A stretch of 52,911 nucleotides of DNA, taken from contig JAZQWY010000164.1 in assembly GCA_045632545.1 (NCBI GenBank), forward strand, positions 1-52,911. Reading direction: 5' to 3'. The notes beneath the pieces were generated by a model. It had not been told where the DNA came from. It saw nothing but the letters and a program-made list of their open reading frames with translations, and did no database searches. Source of the DNA: Eubacteriales bacterium. GTDB lineage: Bacteria > Bacillota > Clostridia > Oscillospirales > CAG-272. Position numbers and translations under genes: made by a program. Numbering within the stretch: the first letter of the stretch is position 1; each line of letters starts with the position of its first letter. Below, one piece after another: positions 1 to 7,755 of the stretch.

Positions 1-32
1 AAGACTTGCACACGAGCTTGGAAGATACTAAA

Positions 33-1259
33 ATGGTAAGTCAAAGAGAAAAGTACATAGTAAGAGAGCTTGCAAAGCGATATATGGAAGCGGTAAATAC
101 CGAAAGACAGGCAAAAATGTATCAAAGATTCAAAGATACAAATGATTTGAAGCTTGTTCGTCCTCCCGTTATCATTGACGAGATACCGTGGCATCAGATG
201 GATATAGGCGATGAGCTTACCTGCGTTTGCGAAGACAAGCGTGTTCGCGGAGTTGAGCGTCACTTTAGAAAGGCTCTCTACTATATGAAGCATTTCAAGG
301 CGGATAACCTTTATGAACCCTTTTTTCGTGTAAGACGTGCTGTGGATACAACGGGCATAGGGATCGATATTAAGGTTGCTGACGAAAAGCACGCCGATAA
401 GACAGATATAATGTCACAAGAGTATATCGACGTTCTTGAAGATGAAGCTACTCTTGAGCTTATGCACGATCCTGAGTTTATCCTTCGTCCCGATAAGGAT
501 GAGAGGAATATGGAGTTTTATACCGATCTGTTGGGGGATTCGATTCCCATAAGACTTTATGGATTTGGGTATTTCTATTATGCTCCTTGGGATCAGATAA
601 CGACACTGCGTGGCATTGAGCCGATACTTATGGATATGTATGACCGTCCCGAGTATCTGCACAAAATAATAAAGAAGTTCACGTCTGCCGCGCACGCACA
701 GCTTGACTTTGTAGAGAAAAATCTTGAAGTTGACCGAGAATTGACAGACATCCATTGTACCCCGGCTACGATATCGGGGCTTTCGCAAAATGGTTTGAAG
801 TCAACGTGGTGTCGAAGTATGGCCCAGTCCTTTAGCGTTGTATCGCCGGAGATGTTTGAGGAATTTGAACTCAACTATCTGCTCTCCGTAGCGGATAGGT
901 TTGCATATACCTATTACGGTTGTTGCGAACCTCTTGACGATAGAATAAGTGTTATTAAAAAAATACCTAATCTTCGCAAGATAGGTTGTTCTCCTTGGGC
1001 AAACGTAGAAAAATGCGCTGAACAGATAGGTGGAGATTACGTACTTGCGAGAAAGCCCAATCCCGCTCACGTGGCGATGAAGACCGACCCTGACGTTATA
1101 AGGAGAGAGACAAAGGAGACGGTTGAGGCTTGTATTAAATACGGTTGTCCTTGCGACTTTTCGCTTAAGGATATAAGTACCGTGTCAAACCGTCCTGAAA
1201 ATCTTATCGTGTGGTCGAAGGTTGTAAGCGATGTATTGGATGAGTACTTTGAAAAGTAA
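33..1259 (+). CDS. URO-D-like family protein, possibly a component of a methyltransferase system. The start is uncertain because the frame is open to the window edge.
   Basis: Long ORF (track 6..1259) with the first ATG at 33. It lies directly upstream of the MtaA-like, DUF2284 and RACo genes. Fold-family similarity was judged by eye only. Confidence 0.5.
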   Translation: MVSQREKYIVRELAKRYMEAVNTERQAKMYQRFKDTNDLKLVRPPVIIDEIPWHQMDIGDELTCVCEDKRVRGVERHFRKALYYMKHFKADNLYEPFFRVRRAVDTTGIGIDIKVADEKHADKTDIMSQEYIDVLEDEATLELMHDPEFILRPDKDERNMEFYTDLLGDSIPIRLYGFGYFYYAPWDQITTLRGIEPILMDMYDRPEYLHKIIKKFTSAAHAQLDFVEKNLEVDRELTDIHCTPATISGLSQNGLKSTWCRSMAQSFSVVSPEMFEEFELNYLLSVADRFAYTYYGCCEPLDDRISVIKKIPNLRKIGCSPWANVEKCAEQIGGDYVLARKPNPAHVAMKTDPDVIRRETKETVEACIKYGCPCDFSLKDISTVSNRPENLIVWSKVVSDVLDEYFEK

Positions 1260-1283
1260 TATTTGAGTGGCTTAAATACACAA

Positions 1284-1335
1284 GGCGTAACTGCCGCGAT
1301 GCTGCAAGCGCGGCATAGCGGCAGTTACGCCGTTT
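1284..1335 (+). terminator. Inverted repeat that looks like a terminator, after the first gene
   Basis: GGCGTAACTGCCGC (1284-1297) pairs perfectly with GCGGCAGTTACGCC (1318-1331). The following T tract is weak (GTTTG). Confidence 0.45.
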
Positions 1336-1411
1336 GAGTATAAATGAACTTATTTGATAATTATTTTTCAAAATAATTGAAAATTTAATTTTGAAAATGT
1401 GAGGTTAAAAT

Positions 1412-2419
1412 ATGAAAAAAAACATAGTTGAATTGCTTGTTAAAGCTGCTGAGGCTGACAAAAAACAGGGACTTCCGATACTTTCATTTCCCGCAGCACA
1501 GAAGCTAGGAGTGACGGTTGAAGAGCTTGTAAAGGATGCGGAGCTTCAGGCTAAGGCGATAGAAACTGTTGCTAAAGAAACAGATACTATAGCCGCTATA
1601 AGTCTTATGGATCTGTCTGTAGAGGCAGAGGCATTCGGTGCGAATATTCGTTTTGCTCCCGATGAGATCCCCGCGGTTGTAGGACAGCTCGTCGCAGACG
1701 AGGACGCGGCAAAAGCCCTCGCTGTTCCCACTCTCGAAGCGGGAAGAGCTTCGGTCTGCGTTGAAGGAATACGTCTTGCGGCTGAGCGTATTAAGGATAA
1801 GCCCGTTCTTGCGGGAATAATCGGTCCGTATTCCTTGGCTGGAAGACTTATGGACGTAACCGAGATAATGTATCTCTGCTACGATGAGCCTGAGACGGTT
1901 CACATAGTTCTTGAAAAGGCTACCGAGTATCTTATCGCGTATGCAAAAGCTTTCAAAGCGGCAGGAGCTGACGGAGTTGTTATGGCAGAGCCTTTGGCGG
2001 GAATTATGAGCCCCGATATGGCTGATGAGTTTTCTGTGCCATACGTAAAGCGTATCATTGAAGCTGTTCAGGACGACAATTTTGCCCTTATATACCATAA
2101 CTGCGGAAATGCTGTATCCGAGATGACCAAGCAGATATTCTCTCAGGGAGCTGCCGCGTACCATTTTGGAAATGCGATAGATATGGAGGATATACTACAG
2201 AAAGCGCCTAGCGATATTATCTGTATGGGAAATATCGACCCTGTAGAGCAGTTTGCTGACGGAACTCCTGAATCTATGCGCGAGGCAGTGAACAGTTTGC
2301 TCGACAAATGTAGTAAGTATCCGAATTTTGTTATATCTTCGGGCTGCGATATACCTCATCACTCTAATTGGGATAATATTAACGCATTTTTTGACGCTGT
2401 AGGTAACTGGAAAAAATGA
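1412..2419 (+). CDS. Uroporphyrinogen-decarboxylase-family methyltransferase, MtaA/MtbA-like (methylcobamide methyltransferase type)
   Basis: 335-aa ORF with a GAGG RBS. The sequence resembles MtaA/URO-D proteins along its whole length (GPYSLAGRLM.., AGADGVVMAEP, IYHNCGN, SSGCDIP). Confidence 0.75.
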   Translation: MKKNIVELLVKAAEADKKQGLPILSFPAAQKLGVTVEELVKDAELQAKAIETVAKETDTIAAISLMDLSVEAEAFGANIRFAPDEIPAVVGQLVADEDAAKALAVPTLEAGRASVCVEGIRLAAERIKDKPVLAGIIGPYSLAGRLMDVTEIMYLCYDEPETVHIVLEKATEYLIAYAKAFKAAGADGVVMAEPLAGIMSPDMADEFSVPYVKRIIEAVQDDNFALIYHNCGNAVSEMTKQIFSQGAAAYHFGNAIDMEDILQKAPSDIICMGNIDPVEQFADGTPESMREAVNSLLDKCSKYPNFVISSGCDIPHHSNWDNINAFFDAVGNWKK

Positions 2420-3003
2420 GATATGAAGAATTGATATCGGCGGCGTATGACATGGGTTTTTCGGGTGCGGAGATAATAGCGGTGCAGGATATTGTCCTGA
2501 ACGCTGAATTCCGCGCTGCCTGCGAGGCTAACCGTTGCGGAGTTTACGGGAAATGTTGGACCTGTCCGCCATATGTTGGAGAGATAGACGTTTTAATGGA
2601 ACGGATACGTGGATTTTCTCACGCGCTTCTATATCAGCTTGTGACGCCACTTGAGGATAGTTACGATTTCGAGGGAATGATAGAAGCGGGTAGGGCGCAT
2701 TCAGAAAAGGGAAGAAAGCTTTGGAAACAGTTACGCCCCTTACTTCCAGCTGATTCGTTGCATCTGAGCGCGGGAGGTTGCCGTGTTTGCAAAAAGTGCG
2801 CTAAGTTAGACGAGGAGCCGTGCAGATTTCCCGAGGAAGCAACAGCATCTCTTGAAGCCTATGGAGTAAGCGTTTCCGAAACGGTTGCCAAAACCAAAAT
2901 GAAGTATATCAACGGCGCCAATACGGTGACGTATTTTGGTGTTATTCTGTTTAGGGAGAATGATTATGCCAATACTGACGGTAATACAGAACGGAACAAG
3001 TAA
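2416..3003 (+). CDS. DUF2284-type predicted metal-binding protein
   Basis: ATGA overlap with the upstream gene. Contains the Cys motif CGVYGKCWTCPP and a later CRVCKKC..C cluster, both typical of DUF2284 proteins found next to corrinoid systems. Confidence 0.7.
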   Translation: MRYEELISAAYDMGFSGAEIIAVQDIVLNAEFRAACEANRCGVYGKCWTCPPYVGEIDVLMERIRGFSHALLYQLVTPLEDSYDFEGMIEAGRAHSEKGRKLWKQLRPLLPADSLHLSAGGCRVCKKCAKLDEEPCRFPEEATASLEAYGVSVSETVAKTKMKYINGANTVTYFGVILFRENDYANTDGNTERNK

Positions 3004-4375
3004 AAAAATAAAATTTGAAGGTGAAGAACTGCTCAGTAAGCTTCTGAACAATTCGGATATGCACATAGAGCAGCCTTGCGGAGGGCGTGGAGCTTGTAAA
3101 AAATGTACGGTGACGGTCAACGGAAAGGAGGAGCTTTCCTGCCGATATACAGTAAGCGCTGACGCGACGGTTATTCTGCCTGATAAGGCAGATATCGTGT
3201 CTGTCACAGGCGCTGTGGAGACGGGAAGATTAACGGAGAATTTCTGTCTCTGCCTTGATATAGGAACGACCACCTTGGCTCTTGCTCTTGTGTCACTTGA
3301 TGAGCACCAGACGGTAAAAACGGTAACAGCGCCAAATCCCCAGAGGGCATTCGGTGCGGACGTTATTTCAAGAATAGGATATTGCGCGGAAAACGGTATC
3401 GTCGAATTGCAGGATATACTATTAGACAGGCTGAGAAATATGATATCAGAGCTGCTTGGAGCGTATAATATAAGCGCGGTGAAGAAGATGTACGTAGCGG
3501 GGAACACAACGATGCTTCATACATTCTTTGGCGTGGATTGCTCTTCTATTGGAGTGAGCCCGTATACGCCAAAATTCCTCGGAGGTCAGAAAACTGACGG
3601 TAGCTCACTTGGTCTTGAAAATATCGGAGAGGTAGAGTCGTTGCCGAATATATCCGCTTTCGTTGGCTCGGATATCGTGGCAGGTCTTAATTTTGTGGGA
3701 AAACCGTCTGACGGGAAGTATTCTGTTTTGATAGACCTCGGCACTAACGCAGAGATTGTTTTGTTCGGAGAAGAAAAGTATTTTTGCGCCACAGCGGCGG
3801 CAGGACCTTGTTTTGAGGGTGCGAATATCTCCTGTGGAATGAGCGCCTCTGAGGGAGCGGTCTACGCATACTATGAGGACGGGAGTTATTTTGTTATAGG
3901 CGGCGGAAAGCCAGTAGGAGTATGCGCCACGGGACTTATCGACCTTATTGCGGAGTTGGTCAAAAAAGAGGTCGTAGATGAAAGCGGTTATATGGAGGAG
4001 GACTTTGAGATAGATAACTCTGTAACCCTTACCGCAGGCGATATAAGAGAATTTCAACTTGCTAAATCGGCGGTCATGTCCGCGATGCAGTGCCTGATGA
4101 CGAGAGCTGACGTGGATTTTGATAAGATTGAAAACCTGTTCGTTGCAGGTGGATTTTCCGCAAAGATGCGAATAGAAAACGCCACATTTTTGGGATTGCT
4201 GCCAAAAGAGCTTGATGACAGATTTGTGCCTGTAAATAATTCAAGTTTGCTTGGAACGGTGAAATACGCTTGTGAAGCAAATGACCTCAAAGAGATTGAG
4301 GATAAGGCTGAATTTATCGATATAGGCGCGGATAATCTTTTCTCGGAGCTGTTTTTTGAGAATATGACCTTCTGA
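2966..4375 (+). CDS. Corrinoid activation/regeneration protein (RACo/AcsV-like) with an N-terminal 2Fe-2S ferredoxin domain and an ASKHA ATPase domain
   Basis: ATG 2966 lies 7 nt after GGGAG, so the track ORF 2936 was trimmed. Contains the CGGRGACKKCTV..C plant-type ferredoxin motif, followed by DIGTTT and DLGTNAE ASKHA phosphate motifs. Confidence 0.8.
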   Translation: MPILTVIQNGTSKKIKFEGEELLSKLLNNSDMHIEQPCGGRGACKKCTVTVNGKEELSCRYTVSADATVILPDKADIVSVTGAVETGRLTENFCLCLDIGTTTLALALVSLDEHQTVKTVTAPNPQRAFGADVISRIGYCAENGIVELQDILLDRLRNMISELLGAYNISAVKKMYVAGNTTMLHTFFGVDCSSIGVSPYTPKFLGGQKTDGSSLGLENIGEVESLPNISAFVGSDIVAGLNFVGKPSDGKYSVLIDLGTNAEIVLFGEEKYFCATAAAGPCFEGANISCGMSASEGAVYAYYEDGSYFVIGGGKPVGVCATGLIDLIAELVKKEVVDESGYMEEDFEIDNSVTLTAGDIREFQLAKSAVMSAMQCLMTRADVDFDKIENLFVAGGFSAKMRIENATFLGLLPKELDDRFVPVNNSSLLGTVKYACEANDLKEIEDKAEFIDIGADNLFSELFFENMTF

Positions 4376-4414
4376 AATTTGTTTTGCTTATTAAAATAAT
4401 TTATTAAAAATCTA

Positions 4415-4452
4415 CCGTGGGATTCTAATCTATCGAATCCCACGGATTTTTA
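4415..4452 (+). terminator. Rho-independent terminator of the RACo gene
   Basis: CCGTGGGATTC (4415-4425) pairs with GAATCCCACGG (4435-4445) and is followed by ATTTTTAT. Confidence 0.8.
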
Positions 4453-4485
4453 TAATAAAAACCGCATATCCTTGCGGATATACGG
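4452..4485 (-). terminator. Original terminator of tRNA-Thr, orphaned by the prophage insertion
   Basis: On the minus strand, CCGTATATCC-GCAA-GGATATGCGG (9 of 10 bp paired) is followed by TTTTTATTAT. It lies immediately 3' of the attL tRNA fragment. Confidence 0.65.
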
Positions 4486-4488
4486 CTT

Positions 4489-4534
4489 TTGGAGCTGGTG
4501 ATGTGACTCGAACACACGACCTGCTGATTACGAA
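4489..4534. repeat. attL, the left copy of the 46-bp att core. It is an orphan 3' fragment of tRNA-Thr.
   Basis: Identical to 46247-46292 (TTGGAGCTGGTGATGTGACTCGAACACACGACCTGCTGATTACGAA). Identity stops on both sides. Confidence 0.9.
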
Positions 4535-4693
4535 GCTCATTTAGTAATCGCAAAAGTCCTTGTGTTTATTGAGTTTGTTGGAAAATTAGTTACCAACAAG
4601 TTGACGACGATTTGCTTGTTCAAGCAAATCTGAGGTATCATATAAGACTATTTAAGGCTTATGTGTTATCAATAAAAAAAGGAGAACTGTATT

Positions 4694-4990
4694 ATGTTCA
4701 AAAAAAGCAATCACCAATCATCACCCCAAGTCGTCGCGGAAAAGACGCGATATCGTTACATTCCTGTTCGGGAAAGTCTAGAGTCGGACGAGCTCGGCAC
4801 TTATATCTCATATGGTATATGTGTAAGACGTGAAAAAGAGGAAGAGATAGAATTTATCTCGGACGTTTCTACCGAATTTGAAAAAGTGAAGCGCCTAGCA
4901 CACATTTGTACTGAAAAGCAACTATCACCGGAACATTTATCCGACGTGATAGAGGACTTTCTTTCTGATGAAGAAAGTATCTTAGTTTAA
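4694..4990 (+). CDS. Hypothetical small acidic protein, a moron next to attL
   Basis: 98-aa ORF with RBS AAGGAGAA 8 nt upstream and its own terminator. No motif recognised. Confidence 0.6.
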   Translation: MFKKSNHQSSPQVVAEKTRYRYIPVRESLESDELGTYISYGICVRREKEEEIEFISDVSTEFEKVKRLAHICTEKQLSPEHLSDVIEDFLSDEESILV

Positions 4991-4996
4991 GAAATT

Positions 4997-5026
4997 ACGG
5001 AGAGGAGAAATCCTCTCCGTTCTTTA
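4997..5026 (+). terminator. Rho-independent terminator
   Basis: ACGGAGAGGA-GAAA-TCCTCTCCGT is a perfect 10-bp stem. The T tract that follows is short. Confidence 0.65.
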
Positions 5027-5050
5027 TCAGGTTTTTTATGTTGAAAAATG

Positions 5051-5079
5051 TTGACTTTTTGCCTATACTATGATATACT
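5051..5079 (+). promoter_or_regulatory. Near-consensus sigma-A promoter for the ncRNA candidate
   Basis: TTGACT (5051-5056), a 17-nt spacer, then TATACT (5074-5079). Confidence 0.6.
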
Positions 5080-5085
5080 TAATAC

Positions 5086-5305
5086 GCTCAACAAAACTAA
5101 ATATGTAAAATTAGTGGTATTTTTATCTTCAGAGGATAGGTGTACCTTTTTTCGTGCATAATCTTTTTATAATTTGGTAAAAGCGCAAATTCTCAAAAAA
5201 AGATTATGGCCGAAGAAGTCCTAATTTTATTTTAGTTTTGTTGAGCGACAAATCGGGGTTTGCGTTTTTCGGTGCGCTGGCTTCGGTTGGCGCACTTTTT
5301 TATTT
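5086..5305 (+). ncRNA. Candidate structured non-coding RNA of about 215 nt, class unknown
   Basis: Bounded by a promoter and a terminator, with no ORF longer than 15 codons. A 17-bp perfect closing stem joins 5085-5101 to 5231-5247. A 12-bp inner stem joins 5157-5168 to 5197-5208 and encloses a 6-bp hairpin. The terminator is GTGCGC..CTTCGG..GCGCAC followed by T6 (about 5271-5300). Confidence 0.5.
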
Positions 5306-5361
5306 TTCTCATTATTTTATCTAAAGAGAGAACAACGGTATTTCAACGGCTAATGCTCGTC

Positions 5362-6498
5362 TTAAAGGTCCTTGACGGCGGCTTTTAGCCAATCAACGTC
5401 AGTGTGGGTATATGTATTTAGTGTTGTTTCAATCTGAGCGTGACCTATTATATCCTGCAGCGCTTTAGGATCAACACCTTTTCGTGCGCAAATCGAAGCA
5501 AAGGTATGTCTGCAAACGTGAGGATTGCGTTTCTTTATTTCTTCGTCGCTGTATCCTATATCGGATAACGCTTTGTAATATACTCTCTTACGGAAGTTTT
5601 CAGTATTAAACTTAGTGCCTGTAGACGTTGAATATAGATACTCTCCCTCGGTCTCCATAAGGCGGGATAATATGTTCTGTACTGCATCAGGGACGGGAAT
5701 AATACGGTTTTTGCCTTTTTCCGTCTTGTTCCCGCCGTGGAGACATCCGTCATAATAATCTAATTTTTTCATTGAAAGAAATTCGTCTATTCTTAATCCT
5801 GTATAGCACATAAGCAGGATAGCGCCGACGCGCAAGTCAGAGGTGGATTTATAAAATTCTTTCATTCGTTCCAATTCTTCATCAGAGAAACGCTCCTTCG
5901 GGGGCGATTTTTTAGCTGTAATGGTTACGAATGAAGCGTAATCTTTATCTATAACGTCATTCTGAATACCCCATTGACAAATCTTCGAGGCTAGGAGAGA
6001 TATTTTTGATACAGTGGAATATGACTTACCTTGCTCGACTGCGGCGTTTATTATATCCTGGAATTGTTGCGTTTTTATTTCAGATAATCTCGTATCCGCA
6101 AGAGGTTTAAGGAAGCGCCAGGCTGTCTCGTAGCTTCCTTTTCCTTTTTCGGTTAGCTTAGCAAAGTGGGTTGTACTCCACATCTCGTATGCGTCACCGA
6201 AAGTTATCTTGAACAGGCCCGTCACGTTCCCTTTGATATTTATGTTATCAAGCGCTATTTCAGCTTCGGACTTTGTTCGATAAGTCCCATACGTTATGCG
6301 CTTACGTTCGCCATTTACGTTTGTATATATACGCACAAGCCAGGGCTTTCTTCTGCGCCCGGGGAGATGCGTTATAGTCCCGGTCCCGTTGGCTCTCTTG
6401 AGCTTCTTGGGCTTTGGGGTGGAGACCTGCTTCTTACCGCAGTGTTTGCAGTAAACGCTGTCGTCTTCTATTTGCTCTTTACATTTGATACAGTACAT
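5362..6498 (-). CDS. int: Tyrosine site-specific integrase with an N-terminal zinc ribbon
   Basis: Track ORF trimmed to ATG 6498, which has AGGAGG 6 nt upstream. Contains a CIKCKEQ..CKHCG zinc ribbon and the catalytic signature LRIDE, HVCRHTFAS, GHAQIETTLNTYTH. Confidence 0.9.
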   Translation of the reverse strand: MYCIKCKEQIEDDSVYCKHCGKKQVSTPKPKKLKRANGTGTITHLPGRRRKPWLVRIYTNVNGERKRITYGTYRTKSEAEIALDNINIKGNVTGLFKITFGDAYEMWSTTHFAKLTEKGKGSYETAWRFLKPLADTRLSEIKTQQFQDIINAAVEQGKSYSTVSKISLLASKICQWGIQNDVIDKDYASFVTITAKKSPPKERFSDEELERMKEFYKSTSDLRVGAILLMCYTGLRIDEFLSMKKLDYYDGCLHGGNKTEKGKNRIIPVPDAVQNILSRLMETEGEYLYSTSTGTKFNTENFRKRVYYKALSDIGYSDEEIKKRNPHVCRHTFASICARKGVDPKALQDIIGHAQIETTLNTYTHTDVDWLKAAVKDL

Positions 6499-6528
6499 AC
6501 TAAGCCTCCTGTTAAAGGGTGATTTCGA

Positions 6529-6557
6529 TTGACAAACAAGAGAATGTATGATATAAT
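6529..6557 (+). promoter_or_regulatory. Perfect consensus promoter for the small toxin mRNA
   Basis: TTGACA (6529-6534), a 17-nt spacer, then TATAAT (6552-6557). It predicts a 5' UTR of about 100 nt. Confidence 0.7.
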
Positions 6558-6664
6558 AACTATGGCGAAAGCCCTTTGGGACACCATACGGTGGCGGTTG
6601 CTTCCTCATTCCCGAGGAAGCGTAATATCTTTTGTGCCTTCCTCGAAAAGAGGGAGGTGATACA

Positions 6665-6754
6665 GTGGACTACATAACGTGGAACGATCTTCTCCAGATT
6701 GCTTTACTTGTATTTGCCATTATATCGTGTTTTTATAACAATAAAAAAAGATAA
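6665..6754 (+). CDS. 29-aa hydrophobic peptide, candidate type I toxin (holin-like toxin type)
   Basis: GTG 6665 lies after GGGAGGTGA. The peptide is (M)DYITWNDLLQIALLVFAIISCFYNNKKR, with one TM helix and a basic tail. The SD is sequestered in the hairpin CCTTCCTC (6637-6644)/GAGGGAGG (6650-6657). This ORF is not in the track because it is shorter than 60 aa. Confidence 0.6.
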   Translation: MDYITWNDLLQIALLVFAIISCFYNNKKR

Positions 6755-6823
6755 CCGCCCAACTTCCAAATAGTGCGGTTATCTTTTAACTTAACGTGGA
6801 AGCACCGTCATTGGTGTCCCTCT
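6742..6823 (-). ncRNA. Candidate antisense (antitoxin) sRNA of about 80 nt, convergent with the toxin gene and overlapping its 3' end
   Basis: Driven by a perfect consensus promoter on the minus strand. Ends at the shared hairpin AGATAACCGC (6750-6759)/GCGGTTATCT (6775-6784), which is followed by T7 in the minus orientation. Confidence 0.6.
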
Positions 6824-6829
6824 GTCACT

Positions 6830-6858
6830 ATTATATACCGCTTTTATTTGTTTGTCAA
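6830..6858 (-). promoter_or_regulatory. Perfect consensus promoter for the antisense sRNA
   Basis: On the minus strand: TTGACA (6858-6853), a 17-nt spacer, then TATAAT (6835-6830). Confidence 0.7.
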
Positions 6859-6890
6859 GATAATTTTTGAAATTTTCAATGATAACTAAC

Positions 6891-6917
6891 ACCGCCCCTC
6901 GGGCGGTTTCCTTTTTT
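6891..6917 (+). terminator. Rho-independent terminator that insulates the hicAB promoter
   Basis: ACCGCCC-CTC-GGGCGGT followed by TTCCTTTTTT. Confidence 0.7.
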
Positions 6918-6926
6918 GGGGAACGA

Positions 6927-6984
6927 ACAAATATAAAAATATTTGTTAAATTCTGTTGACAAATATAAAAATATGTGTTATAAT
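6927..6984 (+). promoter_or_regulatory. hicAB promoter with two 20-bp operator-like palindromes
   Basis: TTGACA (6956-6961), a 17-nt spacer, then TATAAT (6979-6984) with an extended TGT. ACAAATAT-AAAA-ATATTTGT lies at 6927-6946, and ACAAATATAAAAATATGTGT at 6959-6978 overlaps the -35 box and spacer. Confidence 0.65.
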
Positions 6985-7007
6985 ATAAGCGTAGGAGGGA
7001 ACCCTAA

Positions 7008-7202
7008 ATGAAAAGCTATTCATCAAGGGAAGTGATTTCAATGCTCAAGGCTGATGGCTGGTATGAAGTTGCGTGTGAAGGAAGTCACCACCAATTCAAA
7101 CACGACACGAAAAAAGGCAAGGTAACAGTCAAGCACCCTTGTAAAGACATACCGCCAAAAACGCTTAAGAGCATAGCGCTTCAATCGGGGTTACAGTTCT
7201 GA
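7008..7202 (+). CDS. hicA: HicA-family mRNA interferase toxin
   Basis: 64 aa. The sequence LKADGWYEVACEGSHHQFKHDTKKGKVTVKHPCKDIPPKTLKSI is the typical HicA/YcfA pattern. RBS is GGAGGG. Confidence 0.85.
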   Translation: MKSYSSREVISMLKADGWYEVACEGSHHQFKHDTKKGKVTVKHPCKDIPPKTLKSIALQSGLQF

Positions 7203-7256
7203 TGTAGCCCCATTCCCCCTACTAAAATCCTGTAAAGACAGAAAGGAGCAGTTAAA

Positions 7257-7676
7257 ATGCAGAAACAAGAAAGGTATCTATATCCCGCTGTATTGAGCTA
7301 TGAAGAAGGATATGAAATAGCCGTAACTTTCCCCGACCTTCCCGGGTGTGCAACAAGCGGAGAAACGGAAGCGGACGCAGTGGCAGCAGGGCGCGAAGCT
7401 CTCGGACTGCATCTGTTCGGTATGGAGGAGGACGGCGACGAGCTTCCTACTCCTTCTCTCGCTAAGGATATTGAGCTTGAGGACGGGGAAGTAATCGCTA
7501 TGATTGACGTTTTCATGCCCTCAATCAGACTTAATCAGAAAAACAAGGCGGTAAACAGAACGGTAACGCTCCCCGCGTGGTTGAACGCAAAAGCCATTGA
7601 GTGTGGTATCAACTTCTCACAGCTATTGCAGGACGCTATCAAAAGAGAGATTAGCTCCTCGCAGGAAGTTCATTAA
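7257..7676 (+). CDS. hicB: HicB-family antitoxin with a C-terminal RHH-like DNA-binding tail
   Basis: 139 aa. YPAVLSYEEGYEIAVTFPDLPGCATSGETEADA is the HicB N-domain pattern. The C-terminal NRTVTLPAWL..FSQLLQDAI resembles an RHH. Confidence 0.85.
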   Translation: MQKQERYLYPAVLSYEEGYEIAVTFPDLPGCATSGETEADAVAAGREALGLHLFGMEEDGDELPTPSLAKDIELEDGEVIAMIDVFMPSIRLNQKNKAVNRTVTLPAWLNAKAIECGINFSQLLQDAIKREISSSQEVH

Positions 7677-7755
7677 GGGACATACAATCCAAAAACAGAA
7701 GGGCGCACGTCGTCCTTCTTTTTTTGCGCTCTGTTCCTTGCGGCGGGGGCTTTAT

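Noticed and set aside
5085-5247. A retron msr/msd locus, because of the 17-bp inverted repeats flanking a structured region
   Set aside because: No reverse transcriptase gene is adjacent or present elsewhere in the prophage. I kept it as a generic ncRNA/MITE candidate instead.
6499-6609. The N-terminal extension of the integrase ORF given in the track (start 6609)
   Set aside because: ATG 6498 has a perfect AGGAGG RBS. The extension runs through a consensus plus-strand promoter and the first part of the leader of the toxin mRNA. The extension peptide has no integrase-like features.
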